Positions 1 through 9,107 of a stretch of 64,000 nt of DNA are shown one piece after another. Position numbers and translations under genes: made by a program. The first letter of the stretch is position 1. Each line of letters opens with the position of its first letter. The notes below the pieces were generated by a model. It ran no database searches. It was given only the letters and a program-made list of their open reading frames with translations, and was not told where the DNA came from. The DNA comes from an uncultured Chromatiales bacterium. GTDB lineage: Bacteria; Pseudomonadota; Gammaproteobacteria; S012-40. The stretch covers positions 3,142 through 67,141 of the forward strand of contig CAYUAI010000010.1 of NCBI GenBank assembly GCA_964442745.1, in the 5' to 3' direction.

Positions 1-212
1 AAATCAGGCAATGCTTCAAAAATGGCACGCATGTCAGAATTGGCTTGTAGCAGCTCACAAGAACTCAGTTCGAGTGATCGTTCCAACATGGCGCGGTCGG
101 CATCAAATTCGTGATAGGCGGTGTTGATAGTCTCGATAAATTTTTGCCAGGATTCTGGCTGGGTTCCCAGTCGTTTTAGCTGGCGTCTTAATAAACTGTG
201 TAATTCATTCAT
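1..212 (-). CDS. Partial CDS, the N-terminal ~70 aa of a PAS-type signalling protein that continues beyond the window start
   Basis: The ATG at 212 on the minus strand reads MNELHSLLRRQLKRLG...ELLQANSDMRAIFEALPD, a typical linker/PAS N-terminus. The reading frame stays open to position 1. Confidence 0.45.
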   Translation of the reverse strand, partial: MNELHSLLRRQLKRLGTQPESWQKFIETINTAYHEFDADRAMLERSLELSSCELLQANSDMRAIFEALPD

Positions 213-217
213 ATTTT

Positions 218-1369
218 TTATTTTTCTGCAATTACCGTGATGGTCATGGTTTGGTTATGTAATTCGCACTTTGCTTTGGGAGTTAAAGGAGATATTTCAC
301 CATAGGAATAAAATCCGGTGAGAATAACGCGTTGGCCAAGAATATCTCGGACTCCTTCGACTTCTTCTTCAACACGCTGCTTGAGTACCATGCGGCGTCC
401 GACACAGCTAATTAATATCGCGAGTGTGTTGTTGTTATCATCAAAGTTTTTTAAGCTCGTTTTGGCGGCGCCAACGGCACCGTCAATGAGCCGGTTGATA
501 TTCGCCTTCATGAGACGAGCGTAACTGCCTTCGGGAACGTCGCCGGCAAAGGTTAATGTTTGTTGGGTTTCGTCTACGGATAATATGGTGCGTACCACGC
601 CATTAATGCAATTGGGCGTTCTTAGGCTTAAAGGAAATAACAAGCCGGCAGCGGGTAAATCGTTGGCGTGTTCTCCGAGATAAAGTTTATAGAGCTCAAG
701 GGCGGATTTACCATCCATTTCATAAAGGATATTACCGCTTGATTTGGTGATTAAGCGTTCGGGACCGAAAGGATCCCAGCCACCTAAGGAGCCATAGCCC
801 ACTTGTAACGACGTACCATAAAACCCGATGATAATAATGGTATCTGATGTCGCTTGATTGTTCCAGATGACTAATGTTTTGGTAAAATGTTCACTATCAC
901 CCGATAGACCGCCGGTGACGGTTACCTGACAAGGTAGATGTTCAGTGACACCTTTGACAAGTTCGCTGCCATTGACGCTTAAGCCATCGGATAAAACAAA
1001 AACATAGTTAAGCTGTTCATGAGGGATCGATTCGGCGAGATGTTTTCCGGCGGCATAGCTATTCTCCATTGCATCGATTTTGACCATGTGGCCGCGTAGC
1101 TGAGTCCTCTTGAAGGCCAGCGCTGTTAATACGATGGAGTGGTCGGTGACCAAGGTTCCACAGATTTCACCGGCGGTTGAACAACCCGTGATAATGGCAT
1201 TTGGATAACGTTTCGCAATATCATTGAGCAATGTAGGGTCCTGCAATATCTCACGCGATCCAAATAGCAAAACGAGATCAGCGATCTGACCAATCGTGCT
1301 AGGTTGGTCATCTTGCCAACCGTTAGGTAAACGCCATATTTTCTGTTCAATATCCATGGGAAAGTCCAT
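218..1369 (-). CDS. FIST-domain sensory protein (FIST N and FIST C domains)
   Basis: A 383 aa ORF with the FIST-C signature ...LAILISCVGRR... and the overall FIST architecture. It sits immediately upstream of the partial signalling gene on the same strand. Confidence 0.7.
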   Translation of the reverse strand: MDFPMDIEQKIWRLPNGWQDDQPSTIGQIADLVLLFGSREILQDPTLLNDIAKRYPNAIITGCSTAGEICGTLVTDHSIVLTALAFKRTQLRGHMVKIDAMENSYAAGKHLAESIPHEQLNYVFVLSDGLSVNGSELVKGVTEHLPCQVTVTGGLSGDSEHFTKTLVIWNNQATSDTIIIIGFYGTSLQVGYGSLGGWDPFGPERLITKSSGNILYEMDGKSALELYKLYLGEHANDLPAAGLLFPLSLRTPNCINGVVRTILSVDETQQTLTFAGDVPEGSYARLMKANINRLIDGAVGAAKTSLKNFDDNNNTLAILISCVGRRMVLKQRVEEEVEGVRDILGQRVILTGFYSYGEISPLTPKAKCELHNQTMTITVIAEK

Positions 1370-2568
1370 TCATTGCTTTGGTCGAATGTATCATGACGAC
1401 AGAATGTTGACATGTCGGCGACAGCGCTTCATTTTAACTGTTGAATATAACCTTATAAAGTAATGTAAATAATATTGATAAAATTATCAAAGATATTTTG
1501 CATAAAACGGCCCGAAAATTTTTTAGGAGCGAATTAACATGTATAATAAGTAAGCACAACGACGACTAAGTTGGAGAGGCAACGGATGGTTATTTTGTAA
1601 GCTAATTGCTTGAGAGATTATTCTGCAAATCCTTTTAAAGCTCATTGATGAAAAGCTATATTTTCCTTAGCCACGTGCTGTCAAACAAAAATTATTATCT
1701 TAAAAACATGTATTCTTGATAGCGATAGCTTTTCTAGCGTTATTGTGAAGGATTGTTATTTTTTGCTTTTCTTTGCTTATTTGATTCGTCATAATATATT
1801 CAAAATTGACCAAAAATAACAATGTGCTTAATTTGACTGAGTGGGTGACATCAATCAATCCTTAAAAATAAAACTATTTGCCGACATTTAAGGTCGAATA
1901 ATAGACTTTAACCATACGTAATAATAAAGTAAGGCTCAATGATAGATTCTAGGGTTGTGGAAAAATGGCAGGCTGAAACGGCTAATTCGGTTAAAAAACG
2001 CAATAAATAAGCCTAATTGTGTGCTAGAGCCGTAAAATATTGTTCAAATGAGCTCGTTGACTCAAGTCGTCAAATAAGACCCCGGAATCCATATTGAGCC
2101 AAAAAAAATAACCACGTATTCGTGATATCTCCTGCATTTTTATTTTTGAATCATGTGCTGACTCCCTGGGATTCACTGTCATTTATGTGTTGTTCCAATG
2201 TTTTATTTGGAGGGTTGAATGAGTAAGCGAGCGGTGGGTCCACGGGTTAATGGAACGCAGTGATCAATTGGAGTAGACCGTCAACTGGTAGGTTTGCCCC
2301 ATGCCGATTTTAACCTATATTCCGTATCAGGGTATGTCAAAATGGCGAAAAGGTTTGATTTCATGTGGATTATTCTATAAGCGTGTCACACTTGTGCATT
2401 GCTGAGCGAAGATGAATCCATATAAAATAAATGGCTAGTTGGGGTTAGATGCCTTGGGTATAAAATGTCGCTCAGAAAGATTGACGCGTGTGTTATATAT
2501 GTTAGAACAGTTCGTTTGTTAAAGTCTGCAGCATACATGATGGTTGCGGTCAAAAATGAATATCGCGT

Positions 2569-2606
2569 ATGGCAAACTAAATTGACCGATTCAGTTTGCC
2601 ATTTTC
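2569..2606 (+). terminator. Hairpin with a short T tract about 70 nt upstream of the cytochrome gene; possible attenuator or sRNA 3' end
   Basis: The arms atggcaaact (2569-2578) and agtttgccat (2593-2602) form a 10 bp perfect stem with a 14 nt loop, followed by tttcc. Confidence 0.3.
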
Positions 2607-2675
2607 CATGATCTGCGTGCGGCTTAGCGAGTTATTTGAATTAAGTCACGATCTTGATGGGGACGAGGGTGTGGC

Positions 2676-4877
2676 ATGAGGCAGACAACGATATTTATAG
2701 TGAGTACTTTCGTATTGAGCCTAATTTTGCTCGGAGGCTGTGATCGACTCAAATCGACTAATCAGGTTCCCGTGGCAGATGCGGGCGTTGATCAAGCGGT
2801 TGCCGTGGGTGATGATGTCTATTTAAATGGCATGGGATCTGTTGACGAAGATGGGCGTATTATTCGTTTTGAATGGGAATTAATCGAAAAGCCATCGAAT
2901 AGCCTAACGATCTTATCTGATCCAACGAATGTCGCACCCATGTTTATTGCCGACACTCCTGGCACCTACATTATTCGTTTGCAGGTTTTCGATGGTGATG
3001 CACTGAGTAGCCCGGATGAAGTTCATGTGGTGACGTTAAATAGTCCACCGATGGCATTGGCTGAGCTGGTTTCAGGCGGTGGTGCACCGGGTGTGATCGC
3101 GCAACTCGATGGCAGTTTATCCTTTGATGAGGATCAGGATCCGTTAGAATATGACTGGTCTCTTATTTCCACACCACCCAATAGCCTGAGTGAAATTGAT
3201 GATCCGACAGCATCATCGGTTACTGTGACGCCTGACAAAGAAGGGGATTATGTGGTCCACTTAGTGGTGAATGACGGATTGCATTATAGTGATCCCGCCA
3301 TCATCGCCTTTTCAGCAGGAAATACTAAACCACCCATTGCTGAAGCCGGCAAAGATCAAGCCTTGTTTACTGTGGGTGTTACTCAGCTTGATGGCACGCA
3401 ATCTTACGACCCGGATGGCTCGCCGTTGAGTTATCGCTGGGATTTACTCTTTAAACCGCTCAGCAGTGAAATTTTTTTAGATGATGACGTGATTGACAAG
3501 CCTACTTTTGTATTAGACGTCAAAGCGGCTTATGTCGCCCGTTTAGTGGTGAATGATGGCAGTAGTGATAGCCATCCCGATACCGTGATTGTTGCTTATC
3601 ATCCTACGGGGCCTTTATGTCAAGATTGTCATGATAGTGAAAATGCCTCAGGAAAATCGCTAACGCATGTGACGACCTATGATGATTGTGATTTCTGTCA
3701 TAATGCAGATCGTTGGAATCCAGTGGATGGTTTTGTGCATATGGCGTCGCCAGGCGTATGTAAAAATTGTCACGATGGCAGCTCCGCCGCTGGTAAACAG
3801 GACAATCATGTGGTGACTGAGCTTGATTGTGATTGGTGTCATCGTTTAGAGGCTTGGTTACCGATAATAGAGCCCCCAACGCGTCCAGTATTTAGTCATG
3901 AGTTTATTTTAGGCGGATGTTTTTCATGTCACAGTGGTCTCATCGAGAGAGGTAAATCAGAGATTCATAGCCCTTCATCAAATCGTTGTTCGGCGTGTCA
4001 TCGGACATCGTCTTGGTTGCCCGCCGTTCATTTAGAGCATACCATTATTTTTGATGAATGCATCTTGTGCCACAATGTGGAAAATAATAATGGCAAACTC
4101 GACACTCACTTGCCAACCAGTGACGATTGTGTGCAATGTCATCATCCGTCCGGTTGGAAACCGGTGCTTCGTGTCAATCATGATTTTGTGATAGGTGAAT
4201 GCGTTGATTGCCATGATGGTGAAAAAGCTCAGGGAAAATCACTGAATCATCCAGAGACTTCTAATAAGTGTGATGCTTGTCATACAACGATTAGCTGGAG
4301 TGATCGGCTTAACCTGGTCGATCACAGTAAATTGATCAATAGTAACTGCGTGCGTTGTCATAACGGTACGCGGGCCATTGCAAAAAAACAAGGCCATTTA
4401 CCGACCACCAATAACTGTTCTGCCTGTCATGCAACCAATAGCTGGTTGCCATTGATTAAAGTTGATCATTTAAGCGTGCGCGGAAATTGCGAAAGTTGTC
4501 ATAATGGGGACGCAGCCGAAGGTAAGCCTAGCGATCATATTCGCGCCAATGATCGATGTGCGGCCTGTCATACCTCACAACAATGGTTTCCGGTGAACAA
4601 TGTCGATCATTTGGAAGTGTTAGGGGCATGCGCAGATTGCCATATACAACCGACGTCGCATATCAATACCAGCAAACAGTGTCAAACTTGTCATGATACC
4701 TCCCGTTTTTTATCGCCTGAGACGGTTGATCATAACGAGGTTTTAGGCACCTGTGTGTCGTGTCATCAACCGCATATCCCCGCCAATCATAGCGCGATAA
4801 ATGTGATTGATAAATGCAGTGATTGTCACAGCGTGATCTCTTGGCAAGACGCATTAAACCCGTTACCTAAAAATTAA
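2676..4877 (+). CDS. Multiheme cytochrome c lipoprotein with 18 CxxCH motifs and N-terminal PKD/Ig-like repeats
   Basis: The protein has a signal peptide with lipobox LLGGC. It carries three ~95 aa repeats of the form P[IV]AxAGxDQ...LDGSxSxDxDG...YxW, which are PKD-like. From about aa 309 there are 18 CxxCH motifs in nine ~45 aa modules of the form CxxCHdG..a.GK...H..(n6-8)..CxxCH...W.P. The supporting RBS is gacgagggtgtggcATG. Confidence 0.85.
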   Translation: MRQTTIFIVSTFVLSLILLGGCDRLKSTNQVPVADAGVDQAVAVGDDVYLNGMGSVDEDGRIIRFEWELIEKPSNSLTILSDPTNVAPMFIADTPGTYIIRLQVFDGDALSSPDEVHVVTLNSPPMALAELVSGGGAPGVIAQLDGSLSFDEDQDPLEYDWSLISTPPNSLSEIDDPTASSVTVTPDKEGDYVVHLVVNDGLHYSDPAIIAFSAGNTKPPIAEAGKDQALFTVGVTQLDGTQSYDPDGSPLSYRWDLLFKPLSSEIFLDDDVIDKPTFVLDVKAAYVARLVVNDGSSDSHPDTVIVAYHPTGPLCQDCHDSENASGKSLTHVTTYDDCDFCHNADRWNPVDGFVHMASPGVCKNCHDGSSAAGKQDNHVVTELDCDWCHRLEAWLPIIEPPTRPVFSHEFILGGCFSCHSGLIERGKSEIHSPSSNRCSACHRTSSWLPAVHLEHTIIFDECILCHNVENNNGKLDTHLPTSDDCVQCHHPSGWKPVLRVNHDFVIGECVDCHDGEKAQGKSLNHPETSNKCDACHTTISWSDRLNLVDHSKLINSNCVRCHNGTRAIAKKQGHLPTTNNCSACHATNSWLPLIKVDHLSVRGNCESCHNGDAAEGKPSDHIRANDRCAACHTSQQWFPVNNVDHLEVLGACADCHIQPTSHINTSKQCQTCHDTSRFLSPETVDHNEVLGTCVSCHQPHIPANHSAINVIDKCSDCHSVISWQDALNPLPKN

Positions 4878-5118
4878 AGTTAATGATTTTCCCAGAAGGG
4901 AAAGGAAATGGTTGGGTTGATGGCGTTAAATACAATTTATGGTGATGAGCTATATTCCTGAGGCATAGGAAGCTAGGGTGAGAGTAATTTTCCGGAAATT
5001 TTTTGTTGATTTCTGATCTCAGGGGTATCAAAGTGCTTTGTGAATTTCAAGTGCTAGTTTGCCTGATTCCGGCCATAACTAAAAAAATGATTGAATAATT
5101 TTAGGTGGGAGTTTAAGT

Positions 5119-7671
5119 ATGGGCCAACGTCGTTTTAAGTCCTTGCTGCGTGTTGGCTTTATTTGGCTCATCATGGCTAGTTTTTTGATGAGTTTGGGTT
5201 GCCAGCACGAGTCGGCAGAAAACCAGTTACCGATTGCTGAAGCCGGAGAAGATCAAACGGTCGCGCCGGGGAGTCAAGTGAATCTAGATGGGACAGCCTC
5301 TTCTGATATAGAAACGCCGATTCTTCGCTTTAATTGGACCATCGTGGATAAACCTAAAGGCAGTAATACCTTATTATCTGAACCCGTCGGTGCGGTTCCT
5401 TTTTTTATCGCTGACAAGGTTGGGCGTTATATTATGCAATTGGTGGTTTTTGATGGGCTCTCTTATAGCGAGGCGGATCATGTGACGATTATCGTGCAAA
5501 ATGCGTTGCCAATGGCGGTGGCTAATTTTACGAGTTCTGATGTGGGTGAGGTGGTGCAGCTTGATGCGAGTCTATCCAGCGATCTCGATGGTGAGCCACT
5601 GACGTACGAATGGTTGTTATCTTCAAAGCCACCCACCAGTCAAGCGGTCATTGTGAATAACACCTTGATACAGGCTCAGTTCATTGCGGATACGCCGGGT
5701 CAATATATTGTGCATTTGTTGGTTAATGATGGGTTTCAAAATAGTGAGCCTGCAAAGTTGATGATTGATATTGGTACGATTGGCTTGCCGCCCGTGGCAG
5801 AAGCCGGGAACGATATTGCCCTTTTTAAAGGTCGGCAGGTACGTTTAGATGGCAGCCAGTCCTTTGATCCTGATGGTGAGAGTCTCACGTACCAATGGAA
5901 ATTTTTAAAGGTACCCGTTGGCGCTTTTGTCAAGCTCGATGATGATCGCTCAGCCACGCCAACAATTGACATTAATGTGTTGGGTGGTTATGTACTTCAG
6001 TTGGTGGTGCGGGATAGCTTAGGGGTGAGCCATCCCGATACGGTATTAATCACCTATCATAAAAACCCGGATCGACCCTGTGTAGATTGCCATGATGGGC
6101 GGTCTGCCCCCGGTATGAATGAAGGACATTTGACGCTGCGTGATGACTGTGGTGTATGCCATAGGCCTGAAAACTGGAAACCGGTTAAAGGGGTACCAGT
6201 CCATTTAACCGTGCCAGAAATATGTGATAACTGTCATGTCGCAAAGGGAATTGCCACGGCTAAGTCAGCCAATCATCGGCCAACTGAAAATGATTGCAAG
6301 GATTGCCATTTCGTTGATGCATGGATACCGGCGAACATTGAACCGCGGCCCCCCTTATTTGATCATCAAGGGTTGATCAGTGGATGTAATCAGTGCCATG
6401 TTGATGCGAGCAATGGCAAACCATTAAGTCATGTGCCTTCCTCCGATTTATGCAGTGCTTGTCATTCCTCCGATCAATGGATACCTGCATTGCATTTAGA
6501 GCATACGGATGCATTTCGAGGATGTTCCATTTGTCATGACAATAATTTGGCTAAAGGAAAACCGTTACTTCACATACGAAGTTCAGCGAAATGTAACCAA
6601 TGTCATATGAAGTATCGTTTTAAGCCGGTGGCAACGGTGAACCATAGTGAAACGCAAGGGGATTGCATCAGTTGTCATGATGGAAAGCTGGCTCAAGGCA
6701 AAAGCGCACAACATCCTGAGTCTAGTAATATTTGTGATGAGTGTCATTCAGTGGTGAACTGGATGACAATTATTCGAATCCAAGCGCATGCGGGTGTCAC
6801 AGGTCAATGTGATGCGTGTCATGATGGTGCTCAAGCGCTGGGTAAGTTGGATGGACCCAAACGCTTTCACTTAGAGACTACGGCCATGTGTGAAGCTTGT
6901 CATCGCATTGTGAGCTGGTTGCCGTTGTTATCTATGGAACACCGGGAAGTGACTGGCGAGTGTCAGTCTTGTCACGTAACACCACCCGAGTTATTGCCTT
7001 CGCTTACCACGCCCGGTGAAAATCATATTGCGACCAGCGATCAATGTGGTGCGTGCCATGTGACTAATGTCTGGTTACCCACGTTTAAAGTGGCCCATAC
7101 CGAAGTGCTTGGTGATTGCATTTTATGTCATGATGGGGAAACGGCAACCGGTCGGTCAGATAATCACGTGGCGAGTAGTGAGTTATGTGGTGCGTGTCAT
7201 GCCACCAAAGAGTGGGTACCGGTGGTGGTGATGGATCATGATGAAATCACCAATCAAAGCGCTTGTGTTGAGTGTCATAATGGTACATTAGCAACAGGCC
7301 AGCCGGAGACTCATCTGCCAACCTCAACGAGTTGTAAGGCATGCCATGCAACACGAGTTTGGCAGCCCAATGTGATTGTCGATCATAATGAGGTGAGAGG
7401 GAAATGTGTTGATTGTCACAATGGGAATTTAGCGTCAGGAAAAATACGAGGGCATCAACCAACATCTGACAATTGTACTCAATGTCACATGACGTCACGT
7501 TGGACACCGGTGTTTACCGTCGATCACCAGCAAGTGCTAGGCGTATGTGTGGTCTGTCATAAGGCGCCGTTAAATCATGGGCAAGTGGGGATTCGTGACC
7601 AATGTGAAGATTGTCATATTACTCAATGGTGGGCGGAGGTTAAGCAACCATTGCCGAAAAATCAGCAATGA
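5119..7671 (+). CDS. Multiheme cytochrome c lipoprotein with 22 CxxCH motifs; paralogue of the upstream gene
   Basis: The protein has a signal peptide with lipobox SLGC and three PKD-like repeats. It then carries 22 CxxCH motifs in eleven paired modules. Its C-terminus ...QPLPKNQQ resembles the ...NPLPKN end of gene 1. Confidence 0.85.
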   Translation: MGQRRFKSLLRVGFIWLIMASFLMSLGCQHESAENQLPIAEAGEDQTVAPGSQVNLDGTASSDIETPILRFNWTIVDKPKGSNTLLSEPVGAVPFFIADKVGRYIMQLVVFDGLSYSEADHVTIIVQNALPMAVANFTSSDVGEVVQLDASLSSDLDGEPLTYEWLLSSKPPTSQAVIVNNTLIQAQFIADTPGQYIVHLLVNDGFQNSEPAKLMIDIGTIGLPPVAEAGNDIALFKGRQVRLDGSQSFDPDGESLTYQWKFLKVPVGAFVKLDDDRSATPTIDINVLGGYVLQLVVRDSLGVSHPDTVLITYHKNPDRPCVDCHDGRSAPGMNEGHLTLRDDCGVCHRPENWKPVKGVPVHLTVPEICDNCHVAKGIATAKSANHRPTENDCKDCHFVDAWIPANIEPRPPLFDHQGLISGCNQCHVDASNGKPLSHVPSSDLCSACHSSDQWIPALHLEHTDAFRGCSICHDNNLAKGKPLLHIRSSAKCNQCHMKYRFKPVATVNHSETQGDCISCHDGKLAQGKSAQHPESSNICDECHSVVNWMTIIRIQAHAGVTGQCDACHDGAQALGKLDGPKRFHLETTAMCEACHRIVSWLPLLSMEHREVTGECQSCHVTPPELLPSLTTPGENHIATSDQCGACHVTNVWLPTFKVAHTEVLGDCILCHDGETATGRSDNHVASSELCGACHATKEWVPVVVMDHDEITNQSACVECHNGTLATGQPETHLPTSTSCKACHATRVWQPNVIVDHNEVRGKCVDCHNGNLASGKIRGHQPTSDNCTQCHMTSRWTPVFTVDHQQVLGVCVVCHKAPLNHGQVGIRDQCEDCHITQWWAEVKQPLPKNQQ

Positions 7672-7744
7672 GTAAGTTATTGCGCGCTCAAGCAATGACA
7701 ATTTTACTTTATCGTTGACTCTATGATGGTTTTGCTTCACTTAG

Positions 7745-8006
7745 TAAGACGTAAGTTTAAATTGATTTCAGAGAAAAATAGATGGGTAGCGTGGATTAAG
7801 CGTAGCGAATCCACGAGGAACAAGCGTCGAAAACCAATGAATTTACCCTTGGCCTTGTCATCATTCAATACCACACTGGCACATGATGACACCGCTCATT
7901 GCTGACGTGGATTCGCTACGCTTAATCTACGCTACCTGGAGAAAAGAAGAGAAAGGGGTATTTTTTAATGATTTTTCCTGAAATCAGTTTAAACTTACGG
8001 TAAGAC
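7745..8006. repeat. Large imperfect nested inverted repeat (about 260 bp); candidate structured RNA/terminator or MITE-like element
   Basis: The outer arms at 7745-7771 (taagacgtaagtttaaattgatttcag) and 7978-8006 (ctgaaatcagtttaaacttacggtaagac) are reverse complements. A ~30 bp inner element, gtagcgtggattaagcgtagcgaatccacg (7786-7815), has an inverted copy at 7904-7935 that is about 93% identical. The central loop contains a further gtcatcat/atgatgac hairpin. Confidence 0.5.
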
Positions 8007-8135
8007 AATAAATTAAAAATACAATATACAATATCAATGAATAGTTTTTTTGCGGGGTTGTTGCCTGTATAATATTTTCGGCATCCTTATCGAGGATGGA
8101 AAAAAGAATGTTTAAATATATGGGGAACAAATATA

Positions 8136-9047
8136 ATGTCAAATAAAGTATCCAAAATTGTTGTCGCAGTCGTTGTAAGCTTGGTGGGGGGGGCGAGTTT
8201 TTCAGCCTCTGCGGCTCCCATTGTAACGGACTGGGATTTTACCTGGGAGTCCGGTTTTACATCATGGGAACCCGCCGGGGTCACCGGTATCGGGGATAAC
8301 ACCTATTTAACGACACCTAACGATGAGTTACCGCTTTTTGCCGGAGGCATACAAGGCTTACCTTTTGCAAGTGCGGCGAGTCGCCTATCTTGGGGCGTCC
8401 CAGCACCAGCAGGATCGGGGCAAAGTTCATTATCGGTGGGGGCCGCCACTAATGGCAGTTTATCGGGGTCGGTAGCAACCGACGGTGCCGCGCAAAGTAC
8501 TGTGCAGGTCATTCATAGTAATCGACCTATTACCGGCACTTTTTTATCATCCGCTTCCCTATTTGGTGTGTTGTTTTTAGATCCAGTGTTACCTGATCCA
8601 CCGTATAGTACCGACCCGGGGACTGGGGCGTCACCGGTGCCAGCCTTGGTATTTAATTTTAATTTTGTAGAAACGCGGAATACAATACCCTGTGATGTGA
8701 GCGAAAGTTCGATGCCTTGTGATGACATCTTGATTGTCGATGTGGCCACCTCAGGTTTTGACGTGAGCGATAATAGTTTGAATCAGAATTTTAGCTATTT
8801 CGGCAATGATTACAATGCCAAATTCTTTTTAGAAGGTTTGAGTGTTCTTGAGACCAGCGCTTGTGTTGCTGGTGGGCGTGCTGCAGGTTGTATTGGCTTA
8901 ACGACAATAGAGAATCAAGAGAACGCTTTTCAGGCTAAATTACAGATCACGACACAGCAATTTGTCTCTGAGCCTGGTGTATTGGCCTTGTTTGGTATGG
9001 GTTTAGGTGGCTTGGGTTTGATGCGTCGTCGACGTCAGACGACTTGA
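8136..9047 (+). CDS. PEP-CTERM sorting-domain protein (exosortase substrate), Ser/Thr/Gly-rich secreted protein
   Basis: There is an N-terminal signal peptide (KIVVAVVVSLVGGASFSASAAP). The C-terminus VSEPGVLALFGMGLGGLGLMRRRRQTT has the PEP-CTERM layout of motif, TM helix and Arg cluster. Confidence 0.8.
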   Translation: MSNKVSKIVVAVVVSLVGGASFSASAAPIVTDWDFTWESGFTSWEPAGVTGIGDNTYLTTPNDELPLFAGGIQGLPFASAASRLSWGVPAPAGSGQSSLSVGAATNGSLSGSVATDGAAQSTVQVIHSNRPITGTFLSSASLFGVLFLDPVLPDPPYSTDPGTGASPVPALVFNFNFVETRNTIPCDVSESSMPCDDILIVDVATSGFDVSDNSLNQNFSYFGNDYNAKFFLEGLSVLETSACVAGGRAAGCIGLTTIENQENAFQAKLQITTQQFVSEPGVLALFGMGLGGLGLMRRRRQTT

Positions 9048-9062
9048 AATTTTAATCTTTTC

Positions 9063-9097
9063 TAAAAAATGATGACCTAATAAGGTCGTCATTTTTT
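9063..9097. terminator. Bidirectional rho-independent terminator between convergent genes
   Basis: aaaaaa-atgatgacc-taataa-ggtcgtcat-ttttttt. The stem is 9 bp with one mismatch, flanked by an A run on one side and a T run on the other. Confidence 0.7.
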
Positions 9098-9107
9098 TAG
9101 TAGAGAT

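Noticed and set aside
3604-4854. Several 60-90 aa ORFs antisense to the first cytochrome gene (3604-3879, 3660-3842, 4032-4214, 4663-4854)
   Set aside because: They are entirely embedded opposite a strongly supported long CDS. Their His/Cys-rich low-complexity content mirrors the CxxCH codons on the other strand. No RBS is present.
2676-7671. Possibility that the periodic heme-module region is a CRISPR-like or DNA tandem repeat
   Set aside because: The periodicity is at protein-motif level, with divergent nucleotide sequence between modules. There are no direct DNA repeats with spacers.
7723-7905. 60 aa ORF inside the inverted-repeat element
   Set aside because: It lies within palindromic arms. 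It is Arg/Lys-rich and has no RBS. It is more plausibly a by-product of the repeat structure than a gene.
8303-8749. Minus-strand ORFs (69-78 aa) opposite the PEP-CTERM gene
   Set aside because: They are antisense to a CDS with clear signal-peptide and PEP-CTERM features, and their composition is Ala/Pro/Gly-rich.
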